Assembly: GCA_036260105.1 (NCBI GenBank)
Contig: DATAAN010000123.1
Span: forward strand, 1 to 43,389
DNA length: 43,389 nt
Reading direction: 5' to 3'
Source: Actinomycetota bacterium
GTDB lineage: Bacteria; Actinomycetota; CADDZG01; JAHWKV01
The notes under the pieces: model-generated
What the model saw: only the letters and a program-made list of their open reading frames with translations
Told to the model about the DNA's origin: nothing
Databases searched by the model: none
Translations under genes and position numbers: made by a program
Shown: piece after piece, positions 7,619-15,706 of the stretch
Layout of the letters: each line of letters begins with the position of its first letter
Position numbering within the stretch: the stretch's first letter is position 1

Positions 7619-9604
7619 CTAAACGGCGTGTGGGTACGTCTCCGGTAGTTCCCCGCGCTCCCAACCGGCAAACCGTTCCAACGGCTCCACTGCTCGGGTG
7701 CGGTCGAAGTGGATCACCGCATCGAACTGGTCTGACAGCCGAGCCCTGAAGTAGTGGCTCTGGCGCTCCGTCGAGGGCAGGTAGACCACGCCTATGGCTC
7801 TCTCGAGCCTGGTGGACCCCAGCAGGTCGGCGACCCGGGAGCCCCGCCGGAGGTCGAGAAGGAAGGAGGGCTCGCCGGCTTCGTGGAGCAGTTCCTCGAA
7901 GCTCCCTTTCATCGCCTGACGAACCGTCATCACCTCCGCTTCCCCTCCCCAGGTCTTCGCCGCGGTCACCGTTCCTTCGTAGGTGGTGAAGCCCAGCAGG
8001 AAGCAGTCGCCGGGATGCCTCTCGCGCACGAGCTGGCCGACGTTCAGCTCGCCCCGCATTCCCATGTCGGTCGAACGGGCGTCGCCGAGGTGGGAGTTGT
8101 GGGCCCAAACCACGATGCGGGGTTGGCGACCCAGGGTTCGTCCGAGGTGCCGCGCCAGCTCGTCCAGGGTGTCCGTCATGTGGCGGTCGCGCAGGTTCCA
8201 CGAGGTCGTGTGGCCCTGGATCATCGTGCGGTAGTACTCCTCGGCTGCTTTCACCGTTCGGGCGTTCTGCTCTGCATAGAAATGGTCCTCCCCGGCGGGG
8301 ATGCCCTCCGTCCTAACGTAGTCGAGGCTCGAGCGGTGCAGCTCCAACAGCTGCTCGACCGCCTCTCCCTCGCAGGTGTCCCCGGCTCCGAAGGCCGCCG
8401 CGTAGGCGTAGGACCGGCCGTCCTCTCCGTAGTGGTCGAAGCAGGCGTACCGTTCCCGAGCCCGCTGGGCGGCCTGCGGGTCAACCCGCTCCAGGTAGGT
8501 GATGACCTCGGACATGGAGGAGTAGAGGCTGTAGAGGTCCAGCCCGTAGAACCCGACCCGCGCAGGCTCCGGCCGGGACCGGTTGAAGTCATGTAGCCAC
8601 TCGGCGAAGGTCAGAACAACCGAGTTCCGCCACATCCACGTCGGAAAGCGCTGGAATCCGCGAAGGGCGTGTTCCGCGCTCGCTTCGGTGTCACCCCTCA
8701 CGTACCGGTTGACCCGGTAGGCGTCGGGCCAATCCGCCTCGACCGCAACCGCGTCGAAACCCTTCTCCTGGATCAGCCACCGGGTGATGCGAGCCCGCTC
8801 CTCGTAGAACTCGTGAGTGCCGTGCGTGGCTTCACCAAGGAGAACGAAGTGGGCTTCGCCGACGTCGGGGTAAACGCCGGCGTCTCCGCCGCCGAGCGGC
8901 ACCAGGGCGGAGCGGATGGTCCTGCGGTCGTCGGGGGCCTCGCTTCCGACCGCCTGCCTGCTCCAAGCCCACTGGAGAAGCCCCCGGACCTCGTCGTCTG
9001 AGGTCTGCGTGAAGTCGGTGTACGCCTGGCCCACGGCGTAAAAGGGCGACGGCGTCTCGCCGCAGACCACCTCGTCGACCTCCCTCTCGAGCTGCCGGCA
9101 AGTCTGAACCGGGGCGACCGGCACGGCGACGACCGTTCGGGCCGGGCCGAGCTTTCGAAGGGCCCGCACCGCCGCTCGCATGCTGGAGCCGGTGGCGAGG
9201 CCGTCGTCCACCAGGATCACGGTCTTGCGGAAGAGGTCTGGAGGCGGCCGGTCCCCGCGGTAGGCGGCCTCCCGGCGCTCGAGCTCGGCCGTCTCCGCCT
9301 GGGCCGCCGCCTCGAGATCCGCGTGCTCGAGGCCCAGAGCTTTCAGGACGTCTTCGTTGGGCACGACAACGCCGCCGCTCGCGATCGCTCCCATGGCGAG
9401 CTCCTCGGAAACGGGAGCGCCGAGCTTGCGGACGACGAAGATGTCGAGTGGGACCTTCAGCCGGTTGGCGATCTCGTAGCCGACGGGGACACCGCCGCGG
9501 GGCAACGCCAGGACTAGGACGTCGTCCCGCCCGCGGTACTGCTCCAGCCGGGAAGCCAGTAACCGGCCGGCTTCGCGTCGATTGCGGAACAGGCGACTCG
9601 CCAT
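7619..9604 (-). CDS. Fusion protein: N-terminal phosphoribosyltransferase-like domain + C-terminal erythromycin-esterase-family domain
   Basis: The N-terminal part has VLVLALPRGGVPVGYEIA and the PRPP-loop-like ILVDDGLATGSSMRAA. The C-terminal ~430 aa has FVLLGEATHGTHEFY, VWAHNSHLGD and IHFDRT, typical of the Ere/ChaN-like erythromycin esterase family. The start was chosen at MASRLFRNRREAG (Met39 of the listed ORF); the longer start at 9718 is possible. Confidence 0.8.
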   Translation of the reverse strand: MASRLFRNRREAGRLLASRLEQYRGRDDVLVLALPRGGVPVGYEIANRLKVPLDIFVVRKLGAPVSEELAMGAIASGGVVVPNEDVLKALGLEHADLEAAAQAETAELERREAAYRGDRPPPDLFRKTVILVDDGLATGSSMRAAVRALRKLGPARTVVAVPVAPVQTCRQLEREVDEVVCGETPSPFYAVGQAYTDFTQTSDDEVRGLLQWAWSRQAVGSEAPDDRRTIRSALVPLGGGDAGVYPDVGEAHFVLLGEATHGTHEFYEERARITRWLIQEKGFDAVAVEADWPDAYRVNRYVRGDTEASAEHALRGFQRFPTWMWRNSVVLTFAEWLHDFNRSRPEPARVGFYGLDLYSLYSSMSEVITYLERVDPQAAQRARERYACFDHYGEDGRSYAYAAAFGAGDTCEGEAVEQLLELHRSSLDYVRTEGIPAGEDHFYAEQNARTVKAAEEYYRTMIQGHTTSWNLRDRHMTDTLDELARHLGRTLGRQPRIVVWAHNSHLGDARSTDMGMRGELNVGQLVRERHPGDCFLLGFTTYEGTVTAAKTWGGEAEVMTVRQAMKGSFEELLHEAGEPSFLLDLRRGSRVADLLGSTRLERAIGVVYLPSTERQSHYFRARLSDQFDAVIHFDRTRAVEPLERFAGWERGELPETYPHAV

Positions 9605-9774
9605 CTCCGGTTGATTCTTCCCCGCACAAGGAGCAGTAAATCGGCAGGGCGCTACAGCGCCGAGGCCCCGGACGCGGCCGGCTCGGCCGTGGTTACCGGC
9701 GGTTACACGCTTTCCCATGCGGGGTACTGGTTAAGCGATCGACAGATTCGGATATCGACGACTGGAGGAGCCCC

Positions 9775-10012
9775 TATGGCAGACGCAACATTCGCCTGTG
9801 AGATCTGTGGACGCGAGTTCCCCCGCTCCCAGATGAAAGAGTTCTTCGACGACCAGGGAAAGCGGTGGGAGCTTTGCGCCGAGGACCTGGACCACAAGAT
9901 GAACGAGGCCGGAGAGGTACGCGGAGGGCCCGGTGAGGAGAAGCAGGCGGCTGCCTACGACGTCGACGGACCCAAGAACCCGCCGTACGGGGAGCGAGTC
10001 AGCCCCAGCTAG
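9775..10012 (+). CDS. Small hypothetical protein (78 aa), possible CCCH metal-binding motif
   Basis: ATG at 9775 is preceded by GGAGGAG (9763-9769). The translation is MADATFACEICGREFPRSQMKEFFDDQGKRWELCAEDLDHK..., with C8, C11, C34 and H40. The longer ORF from 9611 has no ribosome-binding site. Confidence 0.5.
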
Positions 10013-10232
10013 GTTTGCGAGGAGCTCACCGCTCCGCACGGCGATCACTGGGATACCCGCAGTCGAGACGGCTGTTGCTCGGCCGCGGGCTGCCTGAGGC
10101 AGGCGTGTGTCGCCGTCCCAAATTAAGTAAATCCGGCATCCGGATCTGAGGCATTTCTCCGATATTCCCGCACCGGCGGCGGCCCGAGAATCGCGCGTTG
10201 ATCGAGGGCTCGAGTAGGCGGGGAGGATCGAC

Positions 10233-11516
10233 ATGAAGCGTCCCTGGTTCGCAGTTCCGCTGCAGGTCGCCGTCATAGCCATCATGGTGGCGGGGTTGCT
10301 GAGCGCCGTCGACAGGTTCGATCCGCTTTTCGTGATCGCCTGCGTGCTGGCCGGTCTGCCCGCATTTCTGTATGTCCGGTTCGTGGGCTTTCGGGGACCG
10401 ACTGTCTGGAACGAGTACGTCTTCAACCTGCACCGGCTCCAGGTCGACAAGCCGAAGTTCCTGCCGCCGAAGCTTCACAGCGAAAGCGAGGCCACAGGAT
10501 CCGGGTCCGCCGACATCTACACCCAGAAGTTCGATGCTCAGTACGGGGAGTCGAATCGCAGGCGGTGGCAGGGGGGGTCCGAGGAGACCACCGAGTCCCA
10601 GCGGCTGACCACGGTGTTCGACTCGTTCGTGCCGGTCCTGTTGGCGACGATCTTCGTCTGTGCCGGATGGGCTCTGGTGATCGCCGAGCCGGCATTCCTC
10701 ACGCCGGATTCGAACTCCAAGCTCATCGAAGCCCTCCGCGCCGGCTTCCTCGGGGCGTACGTGTTCGACCTGCAGCTGCTGGTTCGCCGCTACTTCCAAA
10801 ACGACATCAAGCCCGTCACCTACCTGTCGGTCGTCGAGCGGATGACCATCGTCCCGATACTCGTCGCCATCGTAAGCACGGTCTTTCCGCTGTCGATGCC
10901 GGCGACCATCGCCGTGTCGTTCACGATCGGGTTCTTCCCGGTGCTCGGGCTTCGGGTCCTCCACGGCGCCGCAGCCAAGGCACTGCACACGCTGGTCCGG
11001 TCTCTGGACAACGCCTACCCCTTGAGCGACCTGGACGGCATGACGATCTGGGAGGAAGCTCGGCTGCTCGAAGAGGGCGTCGAGGACATGCAGAGGCTGG
11101 TTACGTCGAACGTGGTCGACCTGCTGCTGCGGACCAGGATCCCGGCCGGCCAGCTGGTGGACTGGATAGACCAGGCGTGCCTGCTCCTTCACCTGGAGCC
11201 AAGAACTCCCCACTCCGAACCGCAGTCACGTAAGGAGCTGAGGAAGAGGGGCATTCGCTCCGCTACCTCCCTGGAGGACGTCTTCTCCCCGCCGTTCCCC
11301 ATGTCACCTGAGGAGGAGGCCGAGTACCGCCGCGAGCTGAGGACTTTTCTGGGGGCCTCAGTCGCCCACATGGTCCTGCAGAGCTTCTCGAGGGAGCCCA
11401 ACCTCCGCCTGGTGCGGGCCTGGAGGTCGGCGGACGTGGGCCAGCTCGCCGAACCGGTACGGCTGAAGTCCTCCGACGGCCGTCGTCCTGCCGGCGCCGC
11501 GGCGTCTGCAGCATAA
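10233..11516 (+). CDS. Multi-pass membrane protein of unknown function with a C-terminal DUF4332-like (helix-hairpin-helix-like) region
   Basis: GGGGAGGA Shine-Dalgarno before the ATG. There are about 6 clear hydrophobic helices (VAVIAIMVAGLLSAV, LFVIACVLAGLPAFLYV, FVPVLLATIFVCAGWALVIA, IVPILVAIVSTVF, IAVSFTIGFFPVLGL). The C-terminal soluble part LSDLDGMTIWEEARLLEEGVEDMQRLV...QLVDWIDQACLLLHL...LRKRGIRSATSLEDV resembles the DUF4332 pattern from memory. Confidence 0.7.
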   Translation: MKRPWFAVPLQVAVIAIMVAGLLSAVDRFDPLFVIACVLAGLPAFLYVRFVGFRGPTVWNEYVFNLHRLQVDKPKFLPPKLHSESEATGSGSADIYTQKFDAQYGESNRRRWQGGSEETTESQRLTTVFDSFVPVLLATIFVCAGWALVIAEPAFLTPDSNSKLIEALRAGFLGAYVFDLQLLVRRYFQNDIKPVTYLSVVERMTIVPILVAIVSTVFPLSMPATIAVSFTIGFFPVLGLRVLHGAAAKALHTLVRSLDNAYPLSDLDGMTIWEEARLLEEGVEDMQRLVTSNVVDLLLRTRIPAGQLVDWIDQACLLLHLEPRTPHSEPQSRKELRKRGIRSATSLEDVFSPPFPMSPEEEAEYRRELRTFLGASVAHMVLQSFSREPNLRLVRAWRSADVGQLAEPVRLKSSDGRRPAGAAASAA

Positions 11517-11521
11517 TCCGG

Positions 11522-12577
11522 CTAGGACGCCCTCTTAGCAGCCTTCCTCCGGGCGACCTCTTCTCTGACGGCCGGAGCGACCTCGGTGCCGTAGAGCTCG
11601 ATGGAGCGCAGGATCTTGTCGTGCGGCATGGTCCCGACGCTGAACTGCACCAGGAAGCGGTCGTGGCCGAAGATGTCGTATTGGAAGAGGATTTTGTCGG
11701 TGACCTGCTGCGGAGTGCCGACGAAGTTCGCGCCCCTCAACTCCGCGCTCGCCCGGTAGTCCTCCTTCGTCATCGGCTGCCATCCCCGCTCCCGCCCGAT
11801 GCGGTTCATGGTGTCCGCGACGTACGGGAACGACTCGTCGATTGCCTCCTCCGCTGAAGGGGCGAGGTAGCCGTGGGAGTTGATGCTGAGCGCCGGAGCC
11901 GGATCCCAGCCCGCCTGTTTTGCCGCTTCCCTGTGGATATCGGCAAAGGGGGCGAAGCGCTCGGGCATGCCGCCGATGATCGCCAGAGCCATCGGCAGGC
12001 CGAGGAAGCCTGCACGGGCCGCCGACTGCGGGTTGCCGCCGACCGCGACCCATACGGGCAGCGGCTGCTGCAACGGCCTGGGATACACGCCGCGGCTTTC
12101 GATGGAGGGTCGGTGCTTGCCGTGCCACGTCACGATCTCCGACTCCCGCAGCTCCAGCAGCATCAGCAGCTTTTCCTCGAACAGCGAGTCGTAGTCGTGA
12201 AGGTCGTAGCCGAAGAGAGGGAACGACTCGATGAACGAGCCCCGTCCGGCCATGATCTCGGCGCGCCCACCCGACAGCAGGTCGACAGTGGCGAAGTCCT
12301 GGAACACCCGCACCGGGTCGTCGGAGCTGATGACGTTCACGGCGCTCGTGAGCCGGATGCGCCGGGTCCGTGCCGCCGCCGCAGCCAGCACGATCGCCGG
12401 TGCCGACACCACGAAGTCCGGCCGGTGATGCTCACCGACGCCGAAGACGTCAAGGCCCAGCCGGTCGGCCAGCTCGATCTCCTCCAGCAGGTCGTCCAGC
12501 CGCTGCTTTGCGCTTACTGTCTCGCCGGTGTTCGGATCCGTCGTCCGCTCCGCGAAGGTGTAGATCCCTAGTTCCAT
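11522..12577 (-). CDS. LLM-class (luciferase-like) flavin-dependent oxidoreductase
   Basis: 351 aa. [10 protein letters not shown]...[40 protein letters not shown]...[13 protein letters not shown] is characteristic of the luciferase-like monooxygenase family. GGGAGG Shine-Dalgarno before the ATG. Confidence 0.9.
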   Translation of the reverse strand: MELGIYTFAERTTDPNTGETVSAKQRLDDLLEEIELADRLGLDVFGVGEHHRPDFVVSAPAIVLAAAAARTRRIRLTSAVNVISSDDPVRVFQDFATVDLLSGGRAEIMAGRGSFIESFPLFGYDLHDYDSLFEEKLLMLLELRESEIVTWHGKHRPSIESRGVYPRPLQQPLPVWVAVGGNPQSAARAGFLGLPMALAIIGGMPERFAPFADIHREAAKQAGWDPAPALSINSHGYLAPSAEEAIDESFPYVADTMNRIGRERGWQPMTKEDYRASAELRGANFVGTPQQVTDKILFQYDIFGHDRFLVQFSVGTMPHDKILRSIELYGTEVAPAVREEVARRKAAKRAS

Positions 12578-12900
12578 TCGCCTCCCACTCTTTGCTCATC
12601 CAGCATGTGCCCGTTGCGGAACCCGGGCAACCGGGACCGCCCGACTTCCGCCGGGGAGTCCGGCCGGGAGCCGCTCCACACCCAGGACGCTACCCGCCGA
12701 AGAGCGGGCCCGCAGTTGACGGTTGAGGCGCTTCTGGAGCCAGCGGTAGATCACGGTTCGTCGAGCGGCAGCGCCGTTTGCCGGCCCACCCGGCCGGCCC
12801 CCAGATGTTTCGCCCCCGACCCGGAGGGTAAGTCTCAAGCACACATCACCCAGCGACTGCGCGCCCGCAACATCAGTTGGGCGGCATCAGGAGGAAGCCT

Positions 12901-13836
12901 ATGCCACAGAGAATCCGCGAAGTGATGACCCCCGACCCGAAGGTCCTGCCGAAGACGGCGTCGGTTAAAGAGGCAGCCGAGCTCATGCGGGACGACGACA
13001 TCGGGGACGTGATCGTGGTCAACGCACACAAGAAGGTTTACGGGATCCTGACCGACCGGGACATCGCAGTGCGGGTCGTCCCCGAGGGATCCGACCCGTC
13101 GAGCGTGACCCTCGAGGACGTCGCCACCAAAGACGTCGCCTCCCTGGGCCCCGAGGCTCTGGTAGAGGAGGCGGTAAGGCTCATGCGGGAGAAGGCCATC
13201 CGCCGGCTGCCGATCGTCGAGGACGGAAAGCCGGTCGGAGTCGTGAGCCTCGGCGACCTCGCTATCGAGAAGGACCCCACTTCGGCGCTTGCCGACATCA
13301 GCGCCGCACCGCCGGACGAGCCCGAGCCGTCGGCCAACGGGTCCGGCATGCGCGGCGCAGCAACAGATCTAGGGAAGACGCTTCCCGCGCTTGCTGTCGG
13401 AGCCGGGCTCGCTTTAACCGTCGACTACCTCAGGAACCGCGGCAAGAAGCGGTCGGTGAAGGTGGCCGCCAAGCGGCTCCGGCGTACCGGGCGCAAGCTG
13501 CGCCGTAGCGGCGACCGTGCGGCCTCCGAGGCGACCACCCAGGCAGCCAAGTACGCGGCAGCGGCGGCAGCTGTGATCCGCAGCCAGGGAAAGCGCATGA
13601 AGAACAAGGCCGAGGACGCCGGCGAGGAGACCAGGGACCGCGCGGAGGCGGTGGGCCGGAAGGCGGAACGCCGCTCCGGCAAGCTCGGTAAGCGAGCGGA
13701 GCGCAGCTCCAAGGACTTCGCCGACTTCGCAGAGGACAAGTCGAAGGACCTCAAGCGACGGGCCAAGGACCTGGGCAAGAAGGCCGAGCGCAAGGCCGAC
13801 GACGCCAAGGAGATGGTGGGCGCCGGAAAGCGCTAG
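12901..13836 (+). CDS. CBS-pair domain protein with a predicted TM segment and a Lys/Arg/Ala-rich repetitive C-terminal tail
   Basis: ATG at 12901 after GGAGGAAG. The N-terminal ~140 aa form a CBS pair (VMTPDPKVL..ELMRDDDIGDVIVV..GILTDRDIAVRV / AIRRLPIVEDGKPVGVVSLGDLA). This is followed by LPALAVGAGLALTV and then a basic tail with three G[KR][KR]AER repeats. Confidence 0.85.
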   Translation: MPQRIREVMTPDPKVLPKTASVKEAAELMRDDDIGDVIVVNAHKKVYGILTDRDIAVRVVPEGSDPSSVTLEDVATKDVASLGPEALVEEAVRLMREKAIRRLPIVEDGKPVGVVSLGDLAIEKDPTSALADISAAPPDEPEPSANGSGMRGAATDLGKTLPALAVGAGLALTVDYLRNRGKKRSVKVAAKRLRRTGRKLRRSGDRAASEATTQAAKYAAAAAAVIRSQGKRMKNKAEDAGEETRDRAEAVGRKAERRSGKLGKRAERSSKDFADFAEDKSKDLKRRAKDLGKKAERKADDAKEMVGAGKR

Positions 13837-13857
13837 CCACCTACCTCCCAGCAGTTT

Positions 13858-13889
13858 GAGACCCTCCCCACCCCCCTGGGGAGGGTCTC
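13858..13889. terminator. Hairpin between convergent genes (likely bidirectional terminator)
   Basis: GAGACCCTCCCCA-CCCCCC-TGGGGAGGGTCTC is a perfect 13-bp stem with a 6-nt loop. It lies 22 nt after the CBS gene stop and 2 nt after the HAD gene stop. There is no strong U-tract, which is common in high-GC genomes. Confidence 0.65.
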
Positions 13890-13890
13890 G

Positions 13891-14541
13891 TCATTTCATC
13901 AGGTAGTCGCCCAGCTCCTCGAGGGTCTCGAAGACCTCTACGGCTCCTGCCTCCTTCAACTCCTCCGGTGAGAACCCCCCCGTCAGTACGGCCACCGTCG
14001 AGATCCCGGCCCGGGTGGCCGCGATGCAGTCAAAGGGGGAGTCGCCCACCATGAGAGCTTGTTTGTCTTCGCCGCCCTTCTCGAGGGCCGCGAGCACCAG
14101 GTCCGGGTCCGGCTTGGTGCTCTCGACGTCGGCACCGGTGGTCCAACCGTCCACCAGGTCCCGGATGTCCAGCAGGTTCAGGTAGTGATCGACCTCGAAC
14201 GCTTTGGCCGAGCTGGCAAGGATGATCCTGTGGTCGGCCTTCTTGAGGTTTTCGATGAGTTCCCGGGCGCCCCCCATGGGCTCCACCTCTTCGATGAGCT
14301 GCCGGTACAGTACCTTCTCGGCCGCCCTTATCTCGTCGCCGAGCTTGGATTCCACTTCGTCACCCAGCAGATCGGCGACCACGTGATCGCCCCCCATGCC
14401 CATCCGGCGGTGGATCTTCCACACCGGTACGAACTTCTCGTAGGTCCGGAAGGCCCGGTACCACGCCAGGGCGTGGTGGTAGTTCGTGTCCACGAGGGTG
14501 CCGTCGATGTCGAAGATCAGCACGTGGGGGATCGATGTCAT
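13891..14541 (-). CDS. HAD-superfamily hydrolase (phosphatase, subfamily IA-like)
   Basis: Starting at MTSIPHVLIFDIDGTLVDTNYHH (DxDGT motif I). Also ILASSA (motif II) and MVGDSPFDCIAA (motif IV). The listed ORF's 50-aa Pro-rich N-terminal extension is unlikely to be translated. Confidence 0.85.
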   Translation of the reverse strand: MTSIPHVLIFDIDGTLVDTNYHHALAWYRAFRTYEKFVPVWKIHRRMGMGGDHVVADLLGDEVESKLGDEIRAAEKVLYRQLIEEVEPMGGARELIENLKKADHRIILASSAKAFEVDHYLNLLDIRDLVDGWTTGADVESTKPDPDLVLAALEKGGEDKQALMVGDSPFDCIAATRAGISTVAVLTGGFSPEELKEAGAVEVFETLEELGDYLMK

Positions 14542-14606
14542 GGCTTGGCTGTACCCAAATGGGAATAGCTCAACCGGTATGGCTGCGCAGCCGTAGAGGG
14601 GGTCAA

Positions 14607-15632
14607 ATGGACAACGCGGGTGTGGCGGAGCTCCTGGCGCGGGCGTCTGAGCAGGCCGAGGGAAACCTTCAGAAGGCGCTCCGCCGGGCATCGAGGCATG
14701 CGCTCACCTGGCCGGACGAGGTGGCCGACCTTGCCGAGAGGGGCGAGCTGCGGGCTCTGGACGGTGTCGGCCCCCACCTGGAGCGCATCCTCGTGCGCTG
14801 GCTGGAGGATGACGAGCCGGTTCCCACCCCGCCTCCGGTCCGGGCCGGGTTCTTGACCCTTCCCCGGGTGCGAGCGATCCTGGCGAAGCACCCGGGCCTG
14901 GGGATGAGAGGCGACCTTCAAAGCCACACGACCTGGAGCGACGGAGGGGTGAGCGTCGCGGAGCTGGCAGCGCTCTCCGAGGCTCAGGGTCTCGAGTACC
15001 AGGCGGTCACCGATCACTCCAAGGGCCTGAAGATTGCCGGCGGCATGGACGAGGACGAGCTGGCCCGGCAGGGGTACGAGATCGAGGACGTCAACGAGCG
15101 TTACGTGCCGGGCGGCTTCCGTCTGCTGCGCTCCATCGAGATGAACCTCAGCGTGACGGGCGAGGGCGACATGGACCCCAAGGCGCTTGCCGGGCTGGAC
15201 GTGGTTCTGGGGTCGTTCCACTCCAAGCTTCGCCTCAAAGAGGACCAGACGGAGCGGTATCTCGCCGCGCTCCGCAACCCCGACGTCCACATCCTGGGGC
15301 ACCCGCAGGGGCGGATGTACAACTTCCGTCCCGGCCTCAGCGCCGACTGGGGCAGGGTCTTCGCCGAAGCCACCCGGCTCGGGAAAGCGGTCGAGATCGA
15401 CGCCTTCCCTGACCGCCAGGACCTCAAGGTGGAGCTGCTCGGCATTGCCGCCGACGAGGGGACGACCATCTCCATCGGGAGCGACGCGCACTGGCCCGGC
15501 CAGATAGCTTTCGTAGAGTTCGGTCTCGCCGCCGCCCTGGAGGCCGGCATCCCGCCCGATCGGATCCTGAACCTCAAGCCGGTAGAGGATCTGATGGATT
15601 GGGTGGCCGAGCTGAGAGACCGCACCGGCTGA
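14607..15632 (+). CDS. PHP-domain phosphoesterase with N-terminal HhH region (PolX C-terminal-like, no polymerase domain)
   Basis: ATG at 14607 after GAGGGGG. The N-terminal part LRALDGVGPHLERIL is HhH-like. GDLQSHTTWSDG, AVTDHS, LGSFHS, ILGHP and SIGSDAH are the metal-binding His/Asp motifs of PHP domains. Confidence 0.8.
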   Translation: MDNAGVAELLARASEQAEGNLQKALRRASRHALTWPDEVADLAERGELRALDGVGPHLERILVRWLEDDEPVPTPPPVRAGFLTLPRVRAILAKHPGLGMRGDLQSHTTWSDGGVSVAELAALSEAQGLEYQAVTDHSKGLKIAGGMDEDELARQGYEIEDVNERYVPGGFRLLRSIEMNLSVTGEGDMDPKALAGLDVVLGSFHSKLRLKEDQTERYLAALRNPDVHILGHPQGRMYNFRPGLSADWGRVFAEATRLGKAVEIDAFPDRQDLKVELLGIAADEGTTISIGSDAHWPGQIAFVEFGLAAALEAGIPPDRILNLKPVEDLMDWVAELRDRTG

Positions 15633-15706
15633 GCGCACCGTTTCGCGGGTGCGGTGGTCGGGGAACAACTGAGAGTCAAATCCGAACATTCAGGAGGGTC
15701 TGGGAC

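Noticed and set aside
10026-11213. 395-aa minus-strand ORF opposite the 427-aa membrane protein gene (also 9731-10450 minus, 239 aa)
   Set aside because: The translation is Arg/Asp/Gln/His/Pro-rich with no hydrophobic core or motifs. The plus strand encodes clean TM helices and has a strong GGGGAGGA ribosome-binding site.
12596-12925. 82-aa (minus) and 106-aa (plus) ORFs in the LLM/CBS intergenic region
   Set aside because: They are Arg/Pro/Gly-rich, have no ribosome-binding site and overlap each other. The plus ORF runs out of frame into the CBS gene start.
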